This document shows, piece by piece, positions 49,445 through 58,881 of a stretch of 64,000 nt of DNA. The stretch covers positions 672,001-736,000 of the forward strand of contig CAVTHO010000005.1 in the NCBI GenBank assembly GCA_963734545.1, in the 5' to 3' direction. Source of the DNA: an uncultured Spirochaetota bacterium. GTDB taxonomy: Bacteria; Spirochaetota; Spirochaetia; SZUA-6; Fen-1364. Position numbers and translations under genes: made by a program. The notes beneath the pieces were generated by a model that had not been told where the DNA came from, searched no databases, and was given only the letters and a program-made list of their open reading frames with translations. Positions within the stretch are counted from its first letter, which is position 1. Each line of letters opens with the position of its first letter.

Positions 49445-50953
49445 CTATCCGCGGGCCAGCGTGCCGGACCTCCGCATCAGCTCCGCGTTGCGCGCGTAGA
49501 GCTCCCGGTACAGGCCGTAGGTCGCGTCGTACAGCGGACGGTGCGCCGGGTCCGGTTGCACCGTTTCCCCCTCACGCAGCCACCGCCGTGCCTCCGAGGT
49601 TCCGCTGAACATTCCCACACCGATGCCGGCCAGGAATGCGTCACCGTAGCTCGCCCCGATCTGGCGGGCAGGGACGACCTGCTCGATCCCGGCAATGTCG
49701 CTCACGATCCGCAGCCACGCGGGATTCCTGGTGCCGCCTCCCACGGCGAGGATCCGGGAGGCCCGGCACCCCTCGGCCTCCAGGGCCTCGATGTTGTGGC
49801 GGATGCTGAAGCCGACCGATTCGAGGACCGCCCGGTAGATGTCCGCCCGGGTGTGACCCAGGGTGAGGCCGAAGATCATGCCCCGCGCGTCCGGGTCGTT
49901 CAGCGGCGTACGCTCTCCCGAGAAGTAGGGAAGGACGACCACTCCGCGCGAACCGGGCGGCGACGAGGCAGTGAGCCGGGAAAGGGCCGCATACGCGTTC
50001 CCGCCGCCGCTGCGCTCGGCGGCAAGCTCCCCGCCGGCGAAATTGTCCCGGAACCACCGGGTCAGGCTTCCCGCGGTCGCCGTTCCCCCGGCAACGACGA
50101 ATGTGTCCTTCTCGAGGAACCGCGATGCCCAGAATCCCCTGGGCGCCATGAGGCCTTCCGTCCGGAGAATGAAAAATGTGCTGCTGCCGTACATGAGCAT
50201 CATGTCGCCCGGCTTTGCCAGCCCCGCGCCCACCGCTTCCGCCGCGGCATCAGCCGTCCCCGTGATGACGGGCGTCCCCGCGGCAAGCCCGGTCTCCCGC
50301 GCTGCCTCGCGCGTCACGCGCCCCATCACGCTGCTCGTCCAGGTGGGATCCGGCATCATGTCCACCGGCGCAACGAGCGGCGCGATGCTCTTCGACCATG
50401 CTCCTTTTATGGTATCGAAGAAGGGAGCGAAAATCGCCGCGTCATAGATGTCGATGGTACGGGCCCCGGTGAGTCGAAGGTTCAGGTACCCGCTTCCGTT
50501 CAGGATCCAGCGCGTGCGCGCCCACACCTCGGGTTCGTGGCGCCGGATCCACATCACCTTGGGCGATGCGGACTGGGAGGAGAGCTGTGTCCCGGTGGCG
50601 CGCTCCAGCTCGGCTATCTCTTCCGTTGCCCGGGTGTCGATCCCGTACAGGATGGCCGGCCGCAGCGCACGGCCCTCTCCATCAACGACGACAATGGCGG
50701 GAGAGATCGTGCTCACGCCGATGCCCTCGATCGCGCCGGGCTCGATGCCGGTTTTTTTCAGGAGGTCTCCGCAGATGAGCAGGAAATCACGCCACCAGAC
50801 CTTTTCAGGGTCGTGCTCGGCGCGGCCGGGAGACGGGATGTCGAGGGAATGCTCGACCATGCATTCCGCGGCAACCTCCCCGTCTTCCCTCACCAGCACT
50901 CCCTTGGAAGAGAACGTGCCGATGTCGACGCCCAGGAGGAAGCGGCCGCTCAT
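49445..50953 (-). CDS. FGGY family carbohydrate kinase
   Basis: LGVDIGTFSSK, LPYFSGERTP, AVGGG; ATGA overlap with upstream gene. Confidence 0.93.
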   Translation of the reverse strand: MSGRFLLGVDIGTFSSKGVLVREDGEVAAECMVEHSLDIPSPGRAEHDPEKVWWRDFLLICGDLLKKTGIEPGAIEGIGVSTISPAIVVVDGEGRALRPAILYGIDTRATEEIAELERATGTQLSSQSASPKVMWIRRHEPEVWARTRWILNGSGYLNLRLTGARTIDIYDAAIFAPFFDTIKGAWSKSIAPLVAPVDMMPDPTWTSSVMGRVTREAARETGLAAGTPVITGTADAAAEAVGAGLAKPGDMMLMYGSSTFFILRTEGLMAPRGFWASRFLEKDTFVVAGGTATAGSLTRWFRDNFAGGELAAERSGGGNAYAALSRLTASSPPGSRGVVVLPYFSGERTPLNDPDARGMIFGLTLGHTRADIYRAVLESVGFSIRHNIEALEAEGCRASRILAVGGGTRNPAWLRIVSDIAGIEQVVPARQIGASYGDAFLAGIGVGMFSGTSEARRWLREGETVQPDPAHRPLYDATYGLYRELYARNAELMRRSGTLARG

Positions 50954-52020
50954 GCCAGCAGGAACTCTCCGTTGCGCAGCACGGGGCGGTCGTCCACGAA
51001 TACCGTCCCGTCCCTGCGGATATCCTTCACGATGTCCCAGTGAATCGCGGAGGTATTCTTCCCGCCGCATTCGGGATAGGACCTGCCCATTGCCATGTGC
51101 ATGGTGCCGCCGATCTTCTCGTCGATGAGGATGTCCTTGCAGAACCGGTCCACCGCCATGTTTGTTCCCATTGCGAACTCTCCGACCACGCTGGCGCCTG
51201 GATCAGTGGCCAGGACGCGCTTCAGGAAGTCCTGGTTCGTGGAGGAAGTGGCATCCACGAGCCGCCCCTTCTCGAAGCGAAGGCGTATGTCGTGCACCAG
51301 TCGTCCGCTGAGAACGCCGGGGAACTCGAAGTAGATCTCCCCGTCCATGCTGTCTTCCACCGGCGCGGTCATGATCTCCCCGTCCGGCATGTTGATCCTT
51401 CCGTCCGCGGCCTGCCAGGTCCTCCCGGCCGTGGAGAAACGCAGGTCGGTTTCCTTCCCGGTGACCCGGACCCGGCTTCCCTTGTCGAGCTGCCGCGCCC
51501 AGCGGCGCCATTTCTCCGCCTCGGCCTTCCAGTCCAGGAGGGAGGCGTTGAAGAACATCTCGGTGATGGTTTCCTCGTCGCACTCCGCCTGCTGGGCGAA
51601 GGACGCGTTGGGAACCCGCACGAGGCACCACCTGGTCTTCTCCCAGCGCATGCTGGAGATTTTCCCCATGGCCTTCTGGTTGAGGGAAAGCCTGTCCGCG
51701 GAAATATCGTCGTGCTCGTGGAGGTTGGAGGCGCCCCGCAGGCCGATGTACACGTCGGCCCACTCCATGCCGTGCGCCTCCATCTCGGGAACCCAGGCGA
51801 GCTGCTCGGTGCTGCCGTGCTTCAAGAGCTGGTGCCGGAGGCCTTCGCTCAGGAAAAGCACCTGGGGGTATGCGCCTGCCTTGATCGCCGCCTCGTAGAC
51901 TCCGCGGACAAGGGGATACGACTCCACCTCCCCCATGGCGATCATGACCTTCTCTCCCGGCTTCACTTCCACGGACCAGTTCACCAGGAGCTCGCCCAGC
52001 CGGCGCCAGCGCGCGTCCAT
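50950..52020 (-). CDS. M29 (AmpS/AmpT-type) aminopeptidase
   Basis: NMPDGE..TAP, GEFAMG, DEKIGGTMH.A.G..Y, SAIHWD metal ligands. Confidence 0.9.
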   Translation of the reverse strand: MDARWRRLGELLVNWSVEVKPGEKVMIAMGEVESYPLVRGVYEAAIKAGAYPQVLFLSEGLRHQLLKHGSTEQLAWVPEMEAHGMEWADVYIGLRGASNLHEHDDISADRLSLNQKAMGKISSMRWEKTRWCLVRVPNASFAQQAECDEETITEMFFNASLLDWKAEAEKWRRWARQLDKGSRVRVTGKETDLRFSTAGRTWQAADGRINMPDGEIMTAPVEDSMDGEIYFEFPGVLSGRLVHDIRLRFEKGRLVDATSSTNQDFLKRVLATDPGASVVGEFAMGTNMAVDRFCKDILIDEKIGGTMHMAMGRSYPECGGKNTSAIHWDIVKDIRRDGTVFVDDRPVLRNGEFLLA

Positions 52021-52024
52021 GTTT

Positions 52025-52837
52025 TCAGCGCCCCCCCCGGATTTCCTTCACCTTCTTCATGAACTCCTTCACGCGCGACGCGTCCACGTCGTTCCAGATG
52101 TAGCCGTCCCGCTTGAACGTGGTGCCCACGACGGCGCCGTCCGCCATTGCGAGCTGCTGCGCGATATTCTCCAGGCGCACTCCCGTGTTTGCGAACACAG
52201 GGGTTTCAGGGACGGTCTCCTTCACCTGCTTCAGGGTGTCTGTGGAGGTGGCGACGCCGGCCACCAGGCCGGAGACACACAGCGCGTCCGGCCGATGATT
52301 GAACACGGTGGAGCGGGCGATGTCGGCGGGGGTGCGGTTGCCCAGGTAGGAGGCGGCCTCGGGAACGATGTTGAACAGCAGCTTCACCTTTTCACCGTGG
52401 ATGTGGTGCTGGTGACGGATGATCTCGCCGGTATTGGTGTTCCACAGGCCGAAATCGCTCGCATACACTCCGCTGAAAATCTCGCGCACGAAAAGCCCTC
52501 CGACGGCCACGGCGAGGTCGATGGATGCCGTGGGGTCCCAGAGCACGTTCACCCCGTAGGGGACCTTTATCTCGCGGCGGAGCTCGCCGATGATCCGTGC
52601 CATCGTCACGTACGTGATGGGCTCCACTTTCGTCAGGTAGGGCAGGCTCTGCTCGTTCGAGAACATGACCGCGTCGACCCCGCCGTCCTGCAGCGCGTTG
52701 AGGTTCTTGCGCGCGCACTCGACGATCCAGTCCACGCCCTTTTCGTGCTTGTACCCCGGGTCCCCGGGCAGGGGTTCCAGGTGGCACATTGCGATGATCG
52801 GCTTCTGCACGCCGAACATGTCCTTCAACCAGCTCAT
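52025..52837 (-). CDS. BtpA/SgcQ family TIM-barrel protein
   Basis: IIAMCHL..LPGDP, LQDGGVDAVMFSNE, GVNVLWD, ANTGV, VVGT.FK. Confidence 0.9.
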   Translation of the reverse strand: MSWLKDMFGVQKPIIAMCHLEPLPGDPGYKHEKGVDWIVECARKNLNALQDGGVDAVMFSNEQSLPYLTKVEPITYVTMARIIGELRREIKVPYGVNVLWDPTASIDLAVAVGGLFVREIFSGVYASDFGLWNTNTGEIIRHQHHIHGEKVKLLFNIVPEAASYLGNRTPADIARSTVFNHRPDALCVSGLVAGVATSTDTLKQVKETVPETPVFANTGVRLENIAQQLAMADGAVVGTTFKRDGYIWNDVDASRVKEFMKKVKEIRGGR

Positions 52838-52932
52838 GGTGATTCCTCCGGTATGCCCCACAGTAGTCTCCCCGCGTCGAAGTAGTCAAGAATAGTCGGG
52901 AGAACTATAGTTGCCGGAAGAGGAGACCGCGC

Positions 52933-54015
52933 ATGAAATACCGAAGACTGGGAAACACGGGAGTCATCGTGAGCGAGGTGGCGCTGGGCTCGATGCAGTT
53001 CGGCGGCCGCATGAACATGGGAAACCTCGGCCAGGAGGCCACGACGAAGATGGTCAAGCTGGCCCTCGACCGCGGGATCAATTTCATCGACACGGCGGAC
53101 GTGTACAGCCTCGGTGAGAGCGAAACCCTCCTGGGCAATGCCCTGAAGGGCGTGCGGGAGGAGATCGTCCTGGCCACGAAGGTACGCCTCCCCATGAGCG
53201 AGAACTTCAACAGGAGCGGCGCCACGCGCGTGAACATCATGCGGGGGATCGAGTCGAGCCTGAAGCGCCTGCAGACCGACCACGTCGACCTCTACCAGGT
53301 GCACGGGTGGGACAGCAACACGCCGCTGGAGGAGACCCTGCGGAGCCTGGACGACGTGGTGCGCCAGGGGAAGTCGCGCTACATAGGGTTGAGCAACCAC
53401 CTCTCGTGGCAGGCGGCGGTTGCGGTCGATATGCAGGAACGCATGGGGCTGGAGAAGTATGCCACCGCGCAGATGTACTACAGCCTCGTGGGCCGGGGTC
53501 TCGAGCACGAGTTCCAGTCCTATGCGCAGTACGCGGGCCTCGGGATCCTCGTCTGGAGCCCGCTTGCCGGCGGGTTCCTCGCGGGCAAGTACGGGCGCAC
53601 GAATCCTCCGCCTTCCGGGACCCGATTCGCGGAGGCAGGCCAGTTCGTGCCCTTTGACAAGGAAATCGGCTACCGGGTCGTGGATGCCCTGAAGAAAGTG
53701 GCCGACCGGAACGGGGTGAGCCCTGCCCGGGCCGCCCTTGCCTGGGTGCTGGCGCGTCCCGCGGTCTCCAGCGTGATCATTGCCGCGAGGAAGCCGGAGA
53801 ACCTCGAGGACAACATCAAGGCAGTGGACCTTCGCCTCTCTGATGAAGACACGAAGCTCCTGGACTCCGTCTCCGATCCCGGAACGCCCTACCCGAAATG
53901 GATGATGCTCCAGCTCGACGCGGCGGAGGATCCGCGGCCGAAGGTGCTGCATCCCGAGCGCTACGCGGATGGAGGCCCCTGGAAGGACCTGCGCGGCACG
54001 AAGTGGTCAGGGTAG
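52933..54015 (+). CDS. Aldo/keto reductase
   Basis: GINFIDTADVYS.G.SE, LATK, SLKRLQTD..DLYQ.H, WSPLAGG. Confidence 0.93.
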   Translation: MKYRRLGNTGVIVSEVALGSMQFGGRMNMGNLGQEATTKMVKLALDRGINFIDTADVYSLGESETLLGNALKGVREEIVLATKVRLPMSENFNRSGATRVNIMRGIESSLKRLQTDHVDLYQVHGWDSNTPLEETLRSLDDVVRQGKSRYIGLSNHLSWQAAVAVDMQERMGLEKYATAQMYYSLVGRGLEHEFQSYAQYAGLGILVWSPLAGGFLAGKYGRTNPPPSGTRFAEAGQFVPFDKEIGYRVVDALKKVADRNGVSPARAALAWVLARPAVSSVIIAARKPENLEDNIKAVDLRLSDEDTKLLDSVSDPGTPYPKWMMLQLDAAEDPRPKVLHPERYADGGPWKDLRGTKWSG

Positions 54016-54062
54016 CCCGGGCCGGGAAGCAAACGGCGCGGGGAGAGACAGCGGCCCAGGCG

Positions 54063-55046
54063 TCAGCGGGCCGCTGCCAGTTTCTCTTCGGGAAGAACCG
54101 CCCGCTGGAGCAGGCGCGAGTTGACGAGGTAGGTCCAGGGCGACCAGCTCGTGGTGACCCGGACCCTGCCGGCCTCCGGGCCCTGGCTCACGGTGAGCGA
54201 ATACTTCTTCCCCTCGAATGTGGCCACGGAAATGTCGAGCCGCCCGGCTTCTCCCGAAAGGGGCGGGCCTCCTGGATTCTCCGCGAAATCCATCCCCTCC
54301 AGCATGGCCAGGGCGTTCGACATGGCGCCGGCAGTGATCCGGTCCGCGGGCTTCTCCGGGCTTCCCACGACCCATTGGTCCTGCTTTTCCGCCGAGGGTC
54401 TCTTCAGCGTATAGCCGCCGCGCAGCACTCCGGCCTCGTGCAGCGCGAGATTTCCGCTCACCGTGACTGCCGCCACTGTCGTGCCCTGCACGTCTTCGGG
54501 CAGAACGTGGAGCTCGAACCAGTAGGAGCGCTCCTGGGCCAGGAAGAACGCGAGGGACCCCCGCGCAAGGAACACCGGCGCCTGTCCGCGCACCTGCACA
54601 TAGTCGGCATCCCCGCTGGGGCCGCGCTTGCCCACGAGCAGCGCGGCGTCCGGCGCACCCGCCTGGTGGAGAACCAGCAGCCGCACCGCGTCAGGAGAAA
54701 AGCCCAGCTCGGAGAGATGCCGCGCATCGCTGCTCACGAGGTTCGTCCGCCGGAGACCCGCAACGGCGCGGAGGAAAGTCGCAATCCTGTCCGCCGACGC
54801 AGGATACGCGCGTGCGCCGGACCGGGCCTCCCAGCCGTTTGCCCCTTTCCGGAGGCTGATCCTGGTTTCCCCGTTCATGATGATCTCGATGCCGTCCACC
54901 TTCGGCGCGCTGACACCCGGCAGGACAGGGCGGCCCGATGTCCTTGCCTGAACCTGGTCCGGCGAGAAGAGGATCCCGAGCACGAGCAGGGCAAGGAGGC
55001 CGGCCAGGACGCCGCAGAGCGCAACCAGGCGCGCGTGAAAGCTCAT
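54063..55046 (-). CDS. DUF4340-type membrane-anchored periplasmic protein
   Basis: N-terminal TM; two repeats with W...YPA/KPAD and L.VGK...YV motifs; last gene of GldAFG-like unit. Confidence 0.75.
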   Translation of the reverse strand: MSFHARLVALCGVLAGLLALLVLGILFSPDQVQARTSGRPVLPGVSAPKVDGIEIIMNGETRISLRKGANGWEARSGARAYPASADRIATFLRAVAGLRRTNLVSSDARHLSELGFSPDAVRLLVLHQAGAPDAALLVGKRGPSGDADYVQVRGQAPVFLARGSLAFFLAQERSYWFELHVLPEDVQGTTVAAVTVSGNLALHEAGVLRGGYTLKRPSAEKQDQWVVGSPEKPADRITAGAMSNALAMLEGMDFAENPGGPPLSGEAGRLDISVATFEGKKYSLTVSQGPEAGRVRVTTSWSPWTYLVNSRLLQRAVLPEEKLAAAR

Positions 55047-56572
55047 GGCGCGTTCTTCTCCTTCCGCCGCATCCTCCACAAGAGGCCGAAGAGCACGACG
55101 GCAAGGGGAACGACAACGACGTTCAGCAGCTCCGCTCCGAGCATGAGCCGTGAGCGCCTCACCGGTTCCTGGATACGGTCGAGCTTCCCCTCCGTCGTCG
55201 CCCGCGTCTTGATGGACAGCAGGTCGGAGTTACCGGAGAGCCACAGGACCGCGTTCTCGACGAAAAGCACATTCGACAGGCTGTCCGAAAACTGCATGAG
55301 GTCGGTGAGAAAATCGTCGTCGCCGACGACGATCATTCGTGTCGGGACACTCTGCCGCGCGGCGGCAAAATGGGAAGGGAAGGTTCCGCTCAACGCAAAG
55401 GCGAGCGGGAACTGCCCGTGCGTGACGCCGCCCTGGGGAACCTTGTAGGGATTCACGATGAAGGGCTCCCTCTGGACCCATGCCGAGGGGGTCGTCCTGA
55501 CGAGCGGCTCCGCGCGCACGCCGGACCGCGGCAGGGGAGACAGCGCCACCGGCCACAGCAGGTCGAGGCCCGTAAAGCGCGCCGTGATCGGGTTCTCGGC
55601 GGAAACGTAGGGGCCCTGGATCGAAACCCATGGGGGATACTTTCCGATCGTCTCCCAGCCTATCTGCCCGTTGGGTTTCTGCTGGGGAAGCCGGTAGTCC
55701 CGGGCAGCGGTATCCATGATCATGTCACGGCCCACCTGCAGCCCGTAGGACTCGATCATGTCGAGGAGGGAAGAGGTCCCCACCGAGCGCGCGGTGAACG
55801 AGGTGGCAGTCTGCACGCGCAGCCCTTTCACGGCGAAAAGGACTTTTCCGCCGTTCATGATGTAGGTCTCGAGGGGGCGAAGCTCCTGCGCGCCCCACTG
55901 CGTCCCTCCTGCCACGAGCAGCACGTCCACCTCGGGAGGGATCGGGTCGCCGGGGAGGTACTCATGCAGCGAATAGTCGCGCGAGAGCCCGGTCTGCAGG
56001 GTGTCGAAGTCATTGTGAAGCGACTTATCCGGCTCCCCGACGATCACCCCCACGACGAGCCGGCGTCCGGCGAGCACTTTCCGTACGGCGAAGCTCAGGG
56101 AATACTCCAGCCCGTCCGGCGAGAAGACGGCGGGGAGCGACGTGTAGCGGTCCAGGTAGTCGATGGCGATGCCCGAGTAGACGTCCGCCGTGCGCTGCTC
56201 GTTCTGCTGGATGACCTGGATCTGCTGGGGGAGGATCCCGAAGCGCCGCGCGCTTTCCCCGTGCCCCGTTTTGCCCGGGTCCAGGACGGTCACGCTGACC
56301 TTGCCCCGCGACTCGGCGGCGTACTCCTGCAGCAGATCAATGACCCGGCCCGGGGACGGAGACAGCGAACGGAGCGTGTCACTGAGGAAATAGGTCAGGT
56401 GAACCTGCTCGGGGATCCCGCGAAGGATCTCCCGGGAGACCGGGGAAATCGAGTATGCCTTGCTGCGCGTGAGGTCCAGGCGCACGAACCAGCGCGCTCC
56501 ATCCGCCAGCACGAGCACAAGGCACAGGGCCACGAGCAGCATCACCGCTATTTCGCGTGTTCTCCGACGCAT
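55043..56572 (-). CDS. GldG-like ABC auxiliary protein (GIFT domain)
   Basis: RLDLT..KAYSIS..S, LLQEY, LEY, YIMNGGK, VVGD.DF, N.V.WL, C-terminal TM. Confidence 0.85.
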   Translation of the reverse strand: MRRRTREIAVMLLVALCLVLVLADGARWFVRLDLTRSKAYSISPVSREILRGIPEQVHLTYFLSDTLRSLSPSPGRVIDLLQEYAAESRGKVSVTVLDPGKTGHGESARRFGILPQQIQVIQQNEQRTADVYSGIAIDYLDRYTSLPAVFSPDGLEYSLSFAVRKVLAGRRLVVGVIVGEPDKSLHNDFDTLQTGLSRDYSLHEYLPGDPIPPEVDVLLVAGGTQWGAQELRPLETYIMNGGKVLFAVKGLRVQTATSFTARSVGTSSLLDMIESYGLQVGRDMIMDTAARDYRLPQQKPNGQIGWETIGKYPPWVSIQGPYVSAENPITARFTGLDLLWPVALSPLPRSGVRAEPLVRTTPSAWVQREPFIVNPYKVPQGGVTHGQFPLAFALSGTFPSHFAAARQSVPTRMIVVGDDDFLTDLMQFSDSLSNVLFVENAVLWLSGNSDLLSIKTRATTEGKLDRIQEPVRRSRLMLGAELLNVVVVPLAVVLFGLLWRMRRKEKNAP

Positions 56573-56580
56573 GCCGGCTC

Positions 56581-57303
56581 CTACCGGAAACGCCGCATGA
56601 GAAGCACCTTGGTGGTGAAATAGAGGAACCCCGCCGCGAGCACCACGAAATACAGGACGTCCCGCGTGTCCAGAACCCCCTTGCTGAAGCTGTCGAAGTG
56701 AAAATCGAAGGAGACCCATGAAAAGACCGACGCGAGCCAGCCGGGAAGCACCGCCACGGCGGGGATCTGCCCGATCATCGTGATGACGAGCATGAAGGCC
56801 ACGCCGAAAAGGAACGCCGAGATCTGGTTCGCCGAGAGGGCGGAGACGAACTGCCCGGCGGCGATGCCGGCACAACCCAGGAGCAGGACGCCCAGGTATT
56901 CCATCGCGACCTGAGCCGGCTCGAAGGCGCCGAACGGCAGCAGGGACAGGGGCAGGGGAAGGGTGAGGACGACGAGCACGAGAAGGAGGATGACCGCGGC
57001 GGCGAATTTGCCCGCAACGAGCTCCCGCTCGCGCACCGGAAGCGTGAGGAGGATCTCCGCCGTTCCCTGCCGGCGCTCTTCGGCCCAGCTCCGCATGGTG
57101 AGGGCCGGCAGGAGCATGATGAACACGATGGGCCAGAGGGAGAAGTAGCCGCGAAGCGATGCGGTGTCCTGCGCGAAAAACTGCTGGGCGTAGAAGAACC
57201 ACGCTGACGTCACCACGAGGAAGAAGACCACCACGATGAAAGCGACAGGCGTGGTGAAATAGGCACGCAGCTCGCGCCGCGCGATCGCGGCGACCCTATA
57301 CAT
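56581..57303 (-). CDS. GldF-like ABC-2 permease
   Basis: RRELRAYF.TP, PALTMR.WAEERRQGT.E.L.TLP, GKF, NQI, G.LDTRD..YF. Confidence 0.88.
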   Translation of the reverse strand: MYRVAAIARRELRAYFTTPVAFIVVVFFLVVTSAWFFYAQQFFAQDTASLRGYFSLWPIVFIMLLPALTMRSWAEERRQGTAEILLTLPVRERELVAGKFAAAVILLLVLVVLTLPLPLSLLPFGAFEPAQVAMEYLGVLLLGCAGIAAGQFVSALSANQISAFLFGVAFMLVITMIGQIPAVAVLPGWLASVFSWVSFDFHFDSFSKGVLDTRDVLYFVVLAAGFLYFTTKVLLMRRFR

Positions 57304-58243
57304 CGCGGCCTCCACCGGTGAGCCGGGCAAAAAGGTCCTCGAGCCGGGCCTTTTCGGTCCTCATGCCGAGGATCTTGCACCCGTGTGCCACGGCCCAGTC
57401 ATACACCGCCTCGGAGGGATCCGCACCGGGGGCCACGTCCAGGTCCACCTCCACCCTGTCCTCGGGCATTGTCCGCACGGCCGTGACGGCACGGACTCCC
57501 TCCAGGGTCTCAAGCGTCCTGGCCGTGGACTCCGCGAGCCGTCCCTTGAATGAGACGCTGAGCACCTTGCCTTCCTGCATGCCGCGCGCGATCTCCTCCG
57601 GGGTTCCCTGCGCGATGAGCCTTCCCGCGTTCATGATGAGCACGCGACGGCACAGGGCCTCCACTTCCTGCAGGATGTGCGTGGAGAGGATGACGGTCTT
57701 TTCCCTTCCCAGGTTCCTGATCAGCGCCCTGATCTCCACGATCTGGTTGGGGTCCAGGCCGGACGTCGGTTCGTCCAGGACCAGGACGGCCGGGTCGTGG
57801 AGAATGGCCTGCGCGAGACCCACTCTCTGCCGATACCCCTTCGAGAGCCGCCGTATCAGGCGCGGAAAAACCTCCGACAGGCCGCAGGCCTCGACGACGA
57901 GCTCCCGCCGCTGGGCCCGCCAGGCGCCCGAGAGACCCCGCGCATCCGCGATGAACGAGAGGTACTCGCTCACCTTCATGTCCTCATACAGGGGGGCATT
58001 CTCCGGCAGGTATCCCACGGCCTGTCGGACGAGATGGGGCTGGGTGAGCACGTCGTGCCCATCCACGCGCGCCGCCCCCTCGGTGGGGAAGTGGTAGCAG
58101 GTAAGGATGCGCATGATGGAGGTCTTGCCCGCCCCGTTGGGGCCGAGCAGGCCGATGACCTGGCCCTTCTCGACACGGAACGAGACTCCCTTCACCGCCT
58201 CGAAGGGGCCGTACCGCTTTACCAGGTTGTCCGCTTCGATCAT
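57296..58243 (-). CDS. GldA-like ABC transporter ATPase
   Basis: GPNGAGKTS, GYLPENAPLY, LSKGYRQRVG, LDEPTSGLDPNQI, STHIL. Confidence 0.92.
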   Translation of the reverse strand: MIEADNLVKRYGPFEAVKGVSFRVEKGQVIGLLGPNGAGKTSIMRILTCYHFPTEGAARVDGHDVLTQPHLVRQAVGYLPENAPLYEDMKVSEYLSFIADARGLSGAWRAQRRELVVEACGLSEVFPRLIRRLSKGYRQRVGLAQAILHDPAVLVLDEPTSGLDPNQIVEIRALIRNLGREKTVILSTHILQEVEALCRRVLIMNAGRLIAQGTPEEIARGMQEGKVLSVSFKGRLAESTARTLETLEGVRAVTAVRTMPEDRVEVDLDVAPGADPSEAVYDWAVAHGCKILGMRTEKARLEDLFARLTGGGRDV

Positions 58244-58881
58244 GCCGGGCCGGAGATGTGGTCGGCGAATCCCTGGAGGATGTAGATGCAGGCCACTGCG
58301 CCGGGATCTTCACGGCCCTTCGACTGCTCCTGGTAGTACGCAAGCCTGCCGTGCTGGGCGATCATCTCCTTTGCCTGCTCGCGGCCCTGCGCGGCGGCGG
58401 CCTTGAGCTTGCGGAATGCCTCGGGCAGATCGGCACCGGAAGAGACCGCCGCAGTAAGCGCCTGGGAGGCGGGAAGGAGCACGTCCACGATGGTCTTTTC
58501 ACCCGGTTTCGACTTCCCGCGCTGCATGATCCCGGAAGTGAAGGCTTCGAAGAAAGCCGCCATCTCGGCGCCGCCCAAACCGGTTTTGCCCATCACGGCC
58601 TTGCCCCCGGACATGAAGCCGGTGGCCACCAGGGTGCCCATCGTGGAGGGTGCGGCCCGGGCGATTGCCATCCCGATCTTCATCAGGAGCTTGCCCAGGT
58701 CCGTCTCGTCCGTCTTGCCGGCCTCATCCCGCGCCGCGGAGAACCCCTTCTCCATTGTGAGGCCCAGGTCACCGTCCCCCATCGCGCTATCCAGCCGGAT
58801 GAGCTCCTCTTTCTTCTCCTCCATCAGGGCGGCAATGGCCGACACGATGGTCTTGATATCCTGGGTTCCGAGAGAGCTCAT
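58240..58881 (-). CDS. dhaL: Dihydroxyacetone-kinase-like nucleotide-binding subunit
   Basis: LD...GDGDLG, G.L, RGK.KPGEKT..D, GR..Y, DPGA. Confidence 0.9.
   Translation of the reverse strand: MSSLGTQDIKTIVSAIAALMEEKKEELIRLDSAMGDGDLGLTMEKGFSAARDEAGKTDETDLGKLLMKIGMAIARAAPSTMGTLVATGFMSGGKAVMGKTGLGGAEMAAFFEAFTSGIMQRGKSKPGEKTIVDVLLPASQALTAAVSSGADLPEAFRKLKAAAAQGREQAKEMIAQHGRLAYYQEQSKGREDPGAVACIYILQGFADHISGPA

Noticed and set aside
54063-58243. Bacteroidota-type gliding motility
   Set aside because: GldAFG-like ABC modules are widespread, and no type IX secretion or gldK-N genes are present.
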